IMG/VR virus record: IMGVR_UViG_3300013947_000003
Span: 1 to 64,000 of that record
Direction: 5' to 3' (one strand)
DNA length: 64,000 bases
Origin: a virus
Positions 48,333 to 56,624 of the stretch are shown here, one piece after another. The notes beneath the pieces are model-generated. The model did no database searches, was not told the DNA's origin, and saw nothing but the letters and a program-made list of their open reading frames with translations. The position numbers and the translations under genes were made by a program. How positions within the stretch are numbered: the stretch's first letter is position 1; each line of letters opens with the position of its first letter.

Positions 48333-48563
48333 TTATAAAGTATTATTTAAATATTTAAATCCGTATTTATTTTTATAAAGAGTTTCCCACTCTTTAATAT
48401 TTAATTCTCCTGTATCTGTTCCTCCACAGTTATCACAGTATACAAGATCGTCTAAGCCCATTCTGAGTATCCTTAAAGACAAGCATTTCTTACAGTATAC
48501 AACAGGTTCCTCATCATACTTTGTAGGCTCCTTGAATTCTAAAGTATCAATTGGTTCCTCCAT
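48333..48563 (-). CDS. zinc-ribbon protein
   Basis: Track ORF with CKKC...CDNC (two CxxC pairs). Confidence 0.55.
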   Translation of the reverse strand: MEEPIDTLEFKEPTKYDEEPVVYCKKCLSLRILRMGLDDLVYCDNCGGTDTGELNIKEWETLYKNKYGFKYLNNTL

Positions 48564-48723
48564 CTTTATAGTATACTAATATAAAACTACCATTTTCTTT
48601 GACTAAAGATACTATGTCTTCTCTTTTAACATTTAGGTTATTTGCTTTTACTACCAACTATCGAATATTAGTTGCAGATATGGCAGTCATAACCTTTCCA
48701 TCTTTAACCATAGGTTCCATCAT
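48547..48723 (-). CDS. small hypothetical protein (58 aa)
   Basis: Translated by eye with one TAG. The ATGATG start overlaps the upstream TGA. Confidence 0.4.
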
Positions 48724-48902
48724 TTCTTTATTTTACCGCCTGAAGCCATCTTCATAGCATTGGCTCTTCTTTCTAATGCTGCTGCTTGTGCTTTAGCGGC
48801 CTTAATAGCAGCATTCTTTCTACTAGGACTATTCATAATTTCCTAGTATTGTGCTAATGTATGAGCATCACTTTCAGCTTGCCATTTTTTATCAATTTTC
48901 AT
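48720..48902 (-). CDS. small hypothetical protein (60 aa)
   Basis: Translated by eye with one TAG. Both ends form ATGA-type overlaps. Confidence 0.4.
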
Positions 48903-49081
48903 CTTTTTACACTTATTTTATTAAGTTCATCATAGAAATTTAGTACAAACTACTCATTTTCTAGTGAGTGTATTTCTATAATTTTATCTATAAAGTTAAG
49001 ATCGTCTAGTATAGCCAGCATGGCATGTTTAAGATATTCAATACTGGGCTTATTAAAATTATCAAGAATAGTCTGTTCCAT
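48899..49081 (-). CDS. small hypothetical protein (60 aa)
   Basis: Translated by eye with one TAG. The ATG is at 49079-49081. Confidence 0.4.
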
Positions 49082-49095
49082 AATATTAAATTTAG

Positions 49096-49168
49096 TCGCC
49101 CCACTCAGAGTCGAACTGAGATCTTCAGATTTAGAGTCTGTAGTAATAAACCGTTATACTATAGGGCA
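49096..49168 (-). tRNA. suppressor tRNA, anticodon CUA (reads UAG)
   Basis: Folded by hand. Acceptor is UGCCCUA / UGGGGCG and the T arm is CUCAG-UUCGACU-CUGAG. The anticodon stem is CAGA / UCUG with loop CUCUAAA, which puts C-U-A at positions 34-36. Total length is 73 nt. Confidence 0.8.
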
Positions 49169-49172
49169 TTAA

Positions 49173-49406
49173 TTAAAATATATATTTATACATTAGTATA
49201 TAAAAAGCAACTGCTAAGAACTGCCCTACTATGCCCCCTGCTAATGTCATTAAAATATCCAGTTCGTCAAATTTATTTCCATATTGCTTGTCTTTAAATT
49301 CCATTCCTATGGCCAAGCCTAATACAAATAATATTGTGCCAATAAATCCTGCAGGTATTGCATAAAAGAAATGTTTGTTCCTGTTACTTTCCGTAAACCA
49401 ACTCAT
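49173..49406 (-). CDS. small membrane protein (77 aa)
   Basis: Track ORF with two hydrophobic segments, lying between tRNA genes. Confidence 0.5.
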   Translation of the reverse strand: MSWFTESNRNKHFFYAIPAGFIGTILFVLGLAIGMEFKDKQYGNKFDELDILMTLAGGIVGQFLAVAFYILMYKYIF

Positions 49407-49421
49407 AATATTTATTTTTTG

Positions 49422-49486
49422 CGGTTCCTAGTAGATTCGAACTACTATCTTCCATTTCAGGAGTAATACCATTATACTAAGGAACC
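49422..49486 (-). pseudogene. truncated tRNA-like element (65 nt)
   Basis: It has a perfect acceptor (GGUUCCU / AGGAACC) and T arm (AGUAG-UUCGAAU-CUACU). Only about 31 nt lie between them, and no canonical 5-bp/7-nt anticodon arm can be drawn. Confidence 0.4.
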
Positions 49487-49566
49487 AAGCTCCCTCCTTC
49501 CGTCTTCTCAGATTAAGGGAGGTTATTGTACAAATTAACAACAATTAAACATCTTTCCACCGTGTG

Positions 49567-49638
49567 TCTCCCCAGAAAGACTCGAACTTTCAATGTGGGA
49601 TTAGAAATCCCAAGTTATATCCCTTTAACTATGGGGAG
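49567..49638 (-). tRNA. tRNA-Arg (anticodon UCU)
   Basis: Hand fold: acceptor CUCCCCA / UGGGGAG, D stem GUUA / UAAC, anticodon stem UGGGA / UCCCA with loop UUUCUAA, and T arm GAAAG-UUCGAGU-CUUUC. Confidence 0.8.
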
Positions 49639-49704
49639 CTTAATCAGAGTATTAAGATGCCACAAAGTAAAGTATAATATTTTAATTATACAAATATTTT
49701 AACA

Positions 49705-49890
49705 TTATTTAAGATTATTATTTATTTCATTGCTTAATTGTTTCATTTGTTCTTGGGTATTATCTATTCCGCCCCCATCAGCAAATTTATTATAAGTTTC
49801 TTTAATACTATTTACATCCCTAAGACCACTCTGAACACCAAGACGTATTATAATAGCCCTATCTCTCATTGGTAAGTTTTCCCAAGCCAT
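49705..49890 (-). CDS. small hypothetical protein
   Basis: Track ORF with a TAA stop. Confidence 0.45.
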   Translation of the reverse strand: MAWENLPMRDRAIIIRLGVQSGLRDVNSIKETYNKFADGGGIDNTQEQMKQLSNEINNNLK

Positions 49891-49941
49891 ATATATATTA
49901 AAATTAAAGGGTATAGGGTTAAAGCCCCATACCCTTATATA

Positions 49942-50514
49942 TTATTGAATATTTACAAAATCTATCATTAAAAATTCTTTATCAGTGCCTTCCTCTATAT
50001 TCTTTTTATTATTAAACTTAGCATATATCCAAGGCCACCAATCATCTAAATAAGTCCCTGTACATGGAGTACCTAGAGTATTGTTAGATGAATACTTATC
50101 CTCATAAGTAGGATTATGTTTAAATTCATAAACTACTGTCCAAGACTCTTTGTCAATACCTCCACAGAACTTTACTCTAGGATACTTTTTTACTAAAGTA
50201 TCACAGTAATGCTGAAAGAGTTGTATATCCTCTTCATCTAATTTCCTTTCTAGAACTAGTCTAACATAACAATTTCTTTTCTTATTAAGGAAGTCTAAGA
50301 ATGTTTCTATATCTCCTTTATAAGCCATAAGACCATGCCTTATTTCTACATTAAAATCCCTATCAAAACTAATCCTAAAATCAAAAAATCTAATACCTAG
50401 CTTATACTGCTCCTCTATAGATTTACTTTGACACCTTGCTACAAATCTAAAAGGATATAGATACCATTTCTTAGGAGGTAAATATGTTAGAGAATTGTGT
50501 GATGCTATGATCAT
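49942..50514 (-). CDS. PLC-like phosphodiesterase-fold protein (weak call)
   Basis: Track ORF. The N-terminal segment ASHNSLTY resembles the PI-PLC X-domain catalytic His motif. It has no TAG. Confidence 0.35.
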   Translation of the reverse strand: MIIASHNSLTYLPPKKWYLYPFRFVARCQSKSIEEQYKLGIRFFDFRISFDRDFNVEIRHGLMAYKGDIETFLDFLNKKRNCYVRLVLERKLDEEDIQLFQHYCDTLVKKYPRVKFCGGIDKESWTVVYEFKHNPTYEDKYSSNNTLGTPCTGTYLDDWWPWIYAKFNNKKNIEEGTDKEFLMIDFVNIQ

Positions 50515-51275
50515 CTTATAATAATATTTTTTGTAGAAAATCCTTCTTTTATTTGTACTTTAGGAAGTATTGTAACTGTATAATCATACCCGATGCCATT
50601 ACATATAGCATTTGGATTGGTTTCTGTAATATAGAATGTTTCTCTTCCTGTAGTATAATTTGCTAGATCCTAGCATTCTGTACTTATACTATAACCTCCA
50701 GAACTTTCTGTAAACTGATCAGATGTGGTTAAAGTTGCTACAGTACTTAGTACACCTATATTAAAATCTGGGGAATATGAGTTATAATATAAAAATGAAT
50801 ATTTATTACTAAATAATTCAGTCCTACTTAATATTAAATTTGGAGAAGTGTCTTTTTGGTAGTCTAGAAGATTTTTATAAGAATCATTATGATCTGGTAC
50901 CCCTATATAAACATTTGCTGTAAGTTTTACTCCTTCAGGGAAATCATTTCTTAATACCTGTATACCCCGATATATTCTAAAATTATCACCTTCTACATTG
51001 CCTGCCAGCATCCCCGAATAATTGTCAGCAAAGGGAAGATTTGAAGTGTCAGTACTTGGAATAACAGTTTTAAAGTAATCACCTATTACAACAGTATATA
51101 TATCATCTTTATCTATATAATAAACAGGATCAGTAATAGCAAAATTGGCTTTTGGGCTATCATCTCCAATACTATCAAGAACTTCCCAATACTTCAAATT
51201 ATTCTTCTGCTCTTCAAGACTACCACCACCAGAGACAATAGTCTTACCATTTCTTTTACCTATAATATGTTTCAT
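50511..51275 (-). CDS. hypothetical protein (254 aa), first gene of the minus-strand block
   Basis: Track ORF 50670-51275 continues through one TAG to TGA 50511-50513, which overlaps the next ATG (AGATGATC). Confidence 0.6.
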
Positions 51276-51339
51276 CTTTTACTTAATTTTAAGCATATTA
51301 TTAGCGTTCCTATTAATCAACCTTTATTATAAAAATTAG

Positions 51340-51600
51340 AGATTATAGAGAGACCTGCCCCACTTTTCGCCAAATTGGGAGCCTGGCATAGGTAATTATA
51401 GCCCTTGGGGCGTTTATATAATATTAGTCTACCTCTCTTATCTCTAGCTTCCATTTACCTCTGCCCTACTACTAGTACCCTTTATTCTCCTAGGTTGGCC
51501 GGAAGACCCGCAGACTATAATTACCTCATCTCTAACACTCTATGGTGTTTAAAGGCTATGTGATTAACAGTACTTGACCGTTCACTTCTTATAAGAAGCA
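51340..51600. other. GC-enriched non-coding segment with nested long-range helices (candidate structured RNA or leader)
   Basis: No ORF occurs on either strand. A 12-bp pairing joins AGGTAATTATAG (51390-51401) with CTATAATTACCT (51515-51526). This is enclosed by ATAGAG / CTCTAT and contains local GC hairpins. Confidence 0.3.
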
Positions 51601-51763
51601 CTGCAAAGTTACATAAAATATTTTTAAAAAACAAACTATTAATAAAATCCTAATAATACTATTAATGAAAAATGTTCAATGTTTAGAATATTAACACTTA
51701 TTAAATTTCTTTTCTAGAGTAGTTAAAATATGTATATCACTGTTAATAATTTAATTTTTTATT

Positions 51764-51951
51764 TTTTATATTTGTAAGGATGTGGAGGGTAAAATAATAA
51801 AAATTTTTATACTTATAGGAATGAGGTATTTTAATTTTTTATATCTGTAAAATGGAGTATTCTAAGTTTATAAAAATAAAAGTTTTTTATTTGTAAAGAT
51901 GGGGGCATTTTTAAATTTTTTATATATTTATATAAACGAGGTATTATTACC
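51764..51951 (+). repeat. five degenerate tandem repeats (32-48 bp) with core TTTTTATA-yTTrTAr-GrATG-rGG-TA
   Basis: The units start near 51764, 51804, 51835, 51883 and 51916. The array ends exactly at the left copy of the 13-bp direct repeat. Confidence 0.6.
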
Positions 51952-51964
51952 CACTCCTCCCCAC
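51952..51964 (+). repeat. left copy of the 13-bp direct repeat CACTCCTCCCCAC
   Basis: Identical to 58045-58057. It lies at the AT-to-GC compositional transition. Confidence 0.85.
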
Positions 51965-52130
51965 CCCTGGCGAGCCAGGGGGATATCCCCCGGGGGGCTA
52001 TATATCACAGTAGTCCCAACATGGCCCATACAGCCGAACATTGCTGCTATGGCCCAATTAATGCTTGCTAGTGTTCACTCAACTTCAGGAGTGAGGGAGC
52101 TGACCTATTCAGCCTTATAATTAACATGTT

Positions 52131-52141
52131 TCACTTAAAAA
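52131..52141 (+). promoter_or_regulatory. conserved upstream element TCACTTAAAAA
   Basis: Member of the WCACTTAAAAC motif family (six copies, all on the plus strand). Confidence 0.4.
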
Positions 52142-52414
52142 CCATATAGGATATGAAAACAAAGCATTTCCTTATGGGGGCAAAGCAATAATTGCCTCAG
52201 CATTATTCTTTGCTGGGGCAATTGCATATGTCTTCATCATTTGGACATCCTCCAAAGATGAGGACTAATGCCCCATGTTGGGTTGCCAACACCCAACGTA
52301 TGTAGATAAAATTGGCCAACATTATTCATTCTCCCCATCTCCTCTTTTTATTATTAACCCAAACCTTCACACTGGGAATATAGTCTATCTAGACTGGTTA
52401 AAGTGTATAAAAAA

Positions 52415-52891
52415 ATGCGATATATGTGGACGATAGAAAATGGGTACGGCCTGCTGCAAAAATGCAGCAATGCTGCAACCCTAGAAGGGGTCTTCACAGA
52501 AATTTTAGAAGAGATCCGGGAGCACTTTATAGTGTGCTCTATATGGACATCGTTTAGCGACAGGTATCCTATAAGGATACCTTTCACGGCAACTTCACTC
52601 CTCGGCGAATACTTCGCCGGGGAGGTGGTATATGATAAGGCGGAAAACCGCCTCATCATATATGAGGATGAATATTCTGCCCCCTCTAAAGAGGTGGCAA
52701 GACGGTGGTGCGAGGGGCCCACCAAACCCAAAGAGTTGCTCTTATATTGGAGCAACTCTCCATTTAGGGCAGATGTGCAGAGGGCCTACAGCCACACAGC
52801 TCTCTGTGTGGCATTCCTGGCCACGGGGGAAGTGGCCTCCTCATACGAGGAGGCGTGGAATATTGTTAGAGAGGCTGCTGAGCAGTCTTAA
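52415..52891 (+). CDS. island ORF 1, hypothetical (158 aa)
   Basis: Track ORF 52403-52891, trimmed to the first ATG. It has a TAA stop followed by a hairpin (52935-52960). Confidence 0.55.
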   Translation: MRYMWTIENGYGLLQKCSNAATLEGVFTEILEEIREHFIVCSIWTSFSDRYPIRIPFTATSLLGEYFAGEVVYDKAENRLIIYEDEYSAPSKEVARRWCEGPTKPKELLLYWSNSPFRADVQRAYSHTALCVAFLATGEVASSYEEAWNIVREAAEQS

Positions 52892-53212
52892 CAATATCCC
52901 CAGGATGAGCTCAAGAGCGATTGAATAAAAGGCCCTACAAAGCCTTTTACTTCACTCTTGAGTTCACCAAAGGTGGGTGGCCTGTTGGGTTTGTAGGCAC
53001 CCCAACATTAGACAAAAACCTACAGCACACTGCTCCCTCAGTAATATTCTATGCCCTCCATTAATTGGTTGTAGCCCTCAGTTTGCATATTGTATTATAT
53101 ATATGTAAACTTCTCTTTAGTTATGCATAGTTTCAGGTCATTCTTATCCATAGAATGGCTTGTTACTAATGCTGTATGTCTCGTTGATTTATTAACTCTT
53201 AACCTCAAAGAT

Positions 53213-53521
53213 ATGGAGTTACATAATTATACTCCTCACACAATCTCTTTGAATAATGGCACACAGTTCCCCTCTGAAGGGTTGGCTCGTGTGGCCAATA
53301 CATTCACAGAGTTTGTGGAAGGTATCTGTGAGGTACACTTTGGAGACATCCAAGGACTTCCTGAGCCTCAGGAAGGTGTCCTGTATATAGTGTCTGCACT
53401 TGTATTGTCTGCAGCTAAGGCTGCTGGCCGTACAGATTGTGTGGCACCTGCGACAGGACATCCTGATTGCATCCGTGATGCAAAAGGATTTATCCTGAGT
53501 GTGCCTGGCTTTGTTCGATAG
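53213..53521 (+). CDS. island ORF 2, hypothetical (102 aa)
   Basis: Track ORF trimmed to ATG 53213 (MELHNYTPHTISL...). It ends at a TAG. Confidence 0.55.
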   Translation: MELHNYTPHTISLNNGTQFPSEGLARVANTFTEFVEGICEVHFGDIQGLPEPQEGVLYIVSALVLSAAKAAGRTDCVAPATGHPDCIRDAKGFILSVPGFVR

Positions 53522-53636
53522 AATAGAGCCTTCACGGAGTTTTCACCTTGCAAAATAATGGGAGTTTTGTAAGGGCTTTCCTTGGCAACAGAATAAAGCC
53601 AGGTTCCCATAATGTTTAATTCATAATATTATAATA

Positions 53637-53882
53637 ATGTTAGCATTGTTACAATATAATGAAAGCGAGGTCTATAGCAGCAGCCTCTTTCTTAACAAAG
53701 AAGAGGCTAAACTGCAATTCGCCAAGCTCAAAGAAGAGTTTGCCAAAGAGGAAGGCAATACCTTCGAAGAACTTGGTGAGGGCCATTTTACATGGTGTTC
53801 TTGGGACAGCCTGGAATTCCAATATGTAAAATTGGTGGACCTCGGTCCCTCCTTAAGGGAATACTTTGGAGTAAACCTTTGA
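53637..53882 (+). CDS. island ORF 3, hypothetical
   Basis: Track ORF with a TGA stop. Confidence 0.5.
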   Translation: MLALLQYNESEVYSSSLFLNKEEAKLQFAKLKEEFAKEEGNTFEELGEGHFTWCSWDSLEFQYVKLVDLGPSLREYFGVNL

Positions 53883-54085
53883 GAACTTTGGGTTTATGCT
53901 TTCCCAAAGTATAGATAAAAAAGCACAATATTAAAAAACTTATATCCCTATGAGTTTCTTTTATTAAAAGTTTTAGATTAGGGACCTTGTTTTAATCTCG
54001 GTTTCACACCACTATATTATATAGTGTGTTATAGTGGTGGCTTTATTAAAGTATATCACACACTACCACCAAAACATATACATCT

Positions 54086-54232
54086 ATGGAAACATTTGAT
54101 GTTATGTGCCTCCTAACAGTATTGCTTATAATAGCAATTCTGGGAGGCATTGTGTTCCTCCTAGAGGCCACCCCACTGTGGAAGAAGTTTCAAAACTTCA
54201 TTCTCCACATATGGGGTGGAGAGGAAGACTAA
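54086..54232 (+). CDS. island small TM peptide (48 aa)
   Basis: Reads METFDVMCLLTVLLIIAILGGIVFLLEATPLWKKF.... It is below the track length cutoff and has one hydrophobic helix. Confidence 0.35.
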   Translation: METFDVMCLLTVLLIIAILGGIVFLLEATPLWKKFQNFILHIWGGEED

Positions 54233-54348
54233 CTCACTCTCCTCTCTCCTCACCTCTACTCCTCATTCACTTAATTCTAACCAAAACCTCCCAGGTAGTA
54301 AGGGTGTATTCCCAAGCTTATAAAGCTGTTAAGACCTGTTCAAAAATC

Positions 54349-54738
54349 ATGACAAAATTTAATTTTGCTTACAATCGTCTTCGTGAAGCCTACATGGCAT
54401 TCACACACAGCCGTTCGTACAACTCCTTTCAGGCATGGTATAATGAGTGCCACTACATAGATTGGGTGTGGGGGTATTATGGGGGAATTTTCGAAAGGGC
54501 GGACTACTATAGTAGTCCGCAAAAAGAAAGAGCGCAGAGGGAGTGGGAGAGCTTCCTCCTAAGGACCGCTAAGATATTTGATATCTTAGCGGACTGCACA
54601 GACTGGCACGAATCTGTGCCGTACTTCTATAAGAACGGAGACCCAGAGGCGACTCTCCGTCAATTCTTCCCAGAACTGGAAGAAGCAGACAGAATAAAGA
54701 GGGAATCCTCTTTAGGGAAGGACTACTTCCCATTCTAA
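54349..54738 (+). CDS. island ORF 4, hypothetical (129 aa)
   Basis: Track ORF 54106-54738 trimmed to ATG 54349 (MTKFNFAYNRL...). The upstream extension overlaps the TM peptide and looks non-coding. Confidence 0.5.
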   Translation: MTKFNFAYNRLREAYMAFTHSRSYNSFQAWYNECHYIDWVWGYYGGIFERADYYSSPQKERAQREWESFLLRTAKIFDILADCTDWHESVPYFYKNGDPEATLRQFFPELEEADRIKRESSLGKDYFPF

Positions 54739-54799
54739 TACTCCTAGAAAAAAACTAGTACCCCTAGAGTTTCTACATGAGTAGTTTTAAATAGGGGTT

Positions 54800-54810
54800 T
54801 CACTTAAATC
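54800..54810 (+). promoter_or_regulatory. conserved upstream element TCACTTAAATC
   Basis: Ends 10 nt before ATG 54821. Confidence 0.45.
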
Positions 54811-54820
54811 CTATAAAACA

Positions 54821-55108
54821 ATGAAAAAAGGATTTTATGAGTTCAAAGAAGAACTCCTTCAGCAAATAGATGCTGAAATAGAAAATGCACCTCAACAGTC
54901 AATAACTGTTGAGGAATTTGAGGAATACCTCAACATCCACAATAAAGTAACTAAGTGTGTTGACACCATAGGGCTACTAAAGCTAGCCCAAACCTTTTAC
55001 AGGACACGCTTGTTTAGTGTTTGTAGTACCCCGGACTCCCCAACAACGTCTTCCATAGAGTACTATCTGGGGAAGCTCCAAGAAGTAAGGAGGGAGCTTT
55101 ATGGATGA
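54821..55108 (+). CDS. island ORF 5, hypothetical
   Basis: Track ORF. Its TGA overlaps the next ATG (ATGGATGA). Confidence 0.55.
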   Translation: MKKGFYEFKEELLQQIDAEIENAPQQSITVEEFEEYLNIHNKVTKCVDTIGLLKLAQTFYRTRLFSVCSTPDSPTTSSIEYYLGKLQEVRRELYG

Positions 55109-55364
55109 GAGGCTCTATGAGTTATTGTTGGATTTGACAATCCACATGGCTCAAAGGAGATTCGATCAAAGGATCTCCAAAAGAGATCTCTCTACATGGG
55201 ATCTCTATGAGATATATGAGGAGCTAGACCTCCTCTATAACATGAAACGCACTGAATGGCCTACATTAGTGCGCCTTTCAAAAAAGTACATTGTGTACTT
55301 ATTAAACCAAGAAGGGACAGATAAACTGTTCTTTAAGTCCCTCCTGCAAAACCTAAAAGTATGA
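55101..55364 (+). CDS. island ORF 6, hypothetical
   Basis: Track ORF, translationally coupled on both sides. Confidence 0.55.
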   Translation: MDERLYELLLDLTIHMAQRRFDQRISKRDLSTWDLYEIYEELDLLYNMKRTEWPTLVRLSKKYIVYLLNQEGTDKLFFKSLLQNLKV

Positions 55365-55603
55365 GCGAATACTGGGAATGTCTCCAAAAGGATATCAAGG
55401 AGACCAAAGCAGCTGTGGAGGACCTCAACAAACATCTTGAGAAAATCCGCCGTCTAAAAAGAGCTACTCCACAAGAACACGTGGAGAAACAAGAGGAGTT
55501 AAAACAAATAGAGCGAGAGCTCTCTAATGACCTAGACTACTATGAGTTGAAACTCCAAGACCTCACAAAAGAAGAGTGTATGTACGAGTACTTCTGCTCT
55601 TAA
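55361..55603 (+). CDS. island ORF 7, coiled-coil hypothetical
   Basis: Track ORF whose start forms an ATGA overlap. Confidence 0.55.
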   Translation: MSEYWECLQKDIKETKAAVEDLNKHLEKIRRLKRATPQEHVEKQEELKQIERELSNDLDYYELKLQDLTKEECMYEYFCS

Positions 55604-55699
55604 AATCTGAGCAATTCACTTGGTGGGCTTAAATAGTATGGGCCCACCAAGGCTTTGTATAAGTCAACACATACTACCACATCTAAAACTTATAATACA

Positions 55700-55903
55700 A
55701 TGGAAAAGTTTTCAGATGACCCTATTTGGGTAACAAAAGATGGAGTTAAACTCCATCTTTCTGAGATGTCAACCAGGCATCTCATTAACAGTTTAAACCT
55801 TCTAAGGATTAACTGTGGGTGGAGAGAGCGCTTTGTAGTTCCCATGCTTCGGGAACTTAAAAGGCGTAACATGTTATTTGACTGGTGGTTCTATAATCTC
55901 TAG
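55700..55903 (+). CDS. island ORF 8, hypothetical (67 aa)
   Basis: Track ORF trimmed to ATG 55700 (MEKFSDDPIWVTKDG...). It ends at a TAG. Confidence 0.5.
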   Translation: MEKFSDDPIWVTKDGVKLHLSEMSTRHLINSLNLLRINCGWRERFVVPMLRELKRRNMLFDWWFYNL

Positions 55904-55954
55904 TTAGCATAGAACTAATACCTTCCTAAGTTCTCAAGTTCTTAAAGGGAAGGT

Positions 55955-55965
55955 TCACTTAAAAC
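55955..55965 (+). promoter_or_regulatory. conserved upstream element TCACTTAAAAC
   Basis: Ends 11 nt before ATG 55977. Confidence 0.45.
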
Positions 55966-55976
55966 GCATAACAACA

Positions 55977-56261
55977 ATGGAAAACAAAACAAATGGAAGG
56001 TGTTTAGCTATCATAGATAGCATCACCTATAATCTTAGGATGCTAGTAGCCACACCGAAACATCCTAATGGAGGTGTATTCTATGTGTGGGCAGCAATAC
56101 AAGCCCACTATCCATATGAGGTACACTTCATTACAGAGTACCAAGGGATGTACCTTGTAGATCCTCGGGTACTCTGCAAAGCAGATAGGAGTACCATAGA
56201 TAATATGGAACTAGAGGCTAAAAGCCTTAGAATCTTAGTATACGAACAAAAAATAAAATAA
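55977..56261 (+). CDS. island ORF 9, hypothetical
   Basis: Track ORF with a TAA stop. Confidence 0.55.
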   Translation: MENKTNGRCLAIIDSITYNLRMLVATPKHPNGGVFYVWAAIQAHYPYEVHFITEYQGMYLVDPRVLCKADRSTIDNMELEAKSLRILVYEQKIK

Positions 56262-56319
56262 TATATAACACTCTAACTAAAGCTTGTAGGCTGCTCTAGT
56301 GTGGAACCTTCAAATAATT

Positions 56320-56613
56320 ATGAACATACAGCGTTCCTTCACACTTCTTATCTACTCCATCCTGGCAAATAAGCCCCACACACTCTTTGCAGATAGCTTA
56401 TATCCTGTTAGAGGGATGGCTTTTAAACAAGGAGGCCACCTCTATACCTCAAAGATACATCTGGGGTATATGTTCTACCTAAGCACCCCATACTCAAATG
56501 GTAGGTGCTTTGACCTGCTTGTAATAAGGCAGGGAGAGCAGGTTGATGAACACTGGGGAATAGTGCTTCCCGTAGACACTTTAAAATCTATTATCAATTA
56601 CCTAAAATACTAA
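56320..56613 (+). CDS. island ORF 10, hypothetical
   Basis: Track ORF 56299-56613 trimmed to the first ATG. Confidence 0.45.
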   Translation: MNIQRSFTLLIYSILANKPHTLFADSLYPVRGMAFKQGGHLYTSKIHLGYMFYLSTPYSNGRCFDLLVIRQGEQVDEHWGIVLPVDTLKSIINYLKY

Positions 56614-56624
56614 CCACCAAAACA

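Noticed and set aside
49025-49297. Plus-strand 90-aa ORF.
   Set aside because: It runs across the suppressor tRNA gene and lies antisense to two minus-strand genes.
51764-51951. Possible CRISPR array.
   Set aside because: The repeats are degenerate, of variable length and directly abutting, with no unique spacers. No cas genes are present.
51899-52120. 73-aa ORF spanning the left direct repeat.
   Set aside because: It starts inside the tandem repeat array and runs through Pro/Gly-rich palindromic GC hairpins (CCCCTGGCGAGCCAGGGG, CCCCCGGGGG). It is more likely non-coding.
52354-52755. Minus-strand 133-aa ORF in the island, together with 53219-53461, 53368-53610, 54340-54522, 55235-55435, 55690-55872 and 57212-57424.
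   Set aside because: They are antisense to better plus-strand ORFs that have coupled junctions and terminators. Their presence is an effect of GC-rich composition.
54106-54348. N-terminal extension of ORF 54106-54738.
   Set aside because: The extension begins at a non-ATG codon, overlaps the small TM-peptide ORF in another frame and reads as low-complexity Pro/Ser/Leu. The ATG at 54349 is the more plausible start.
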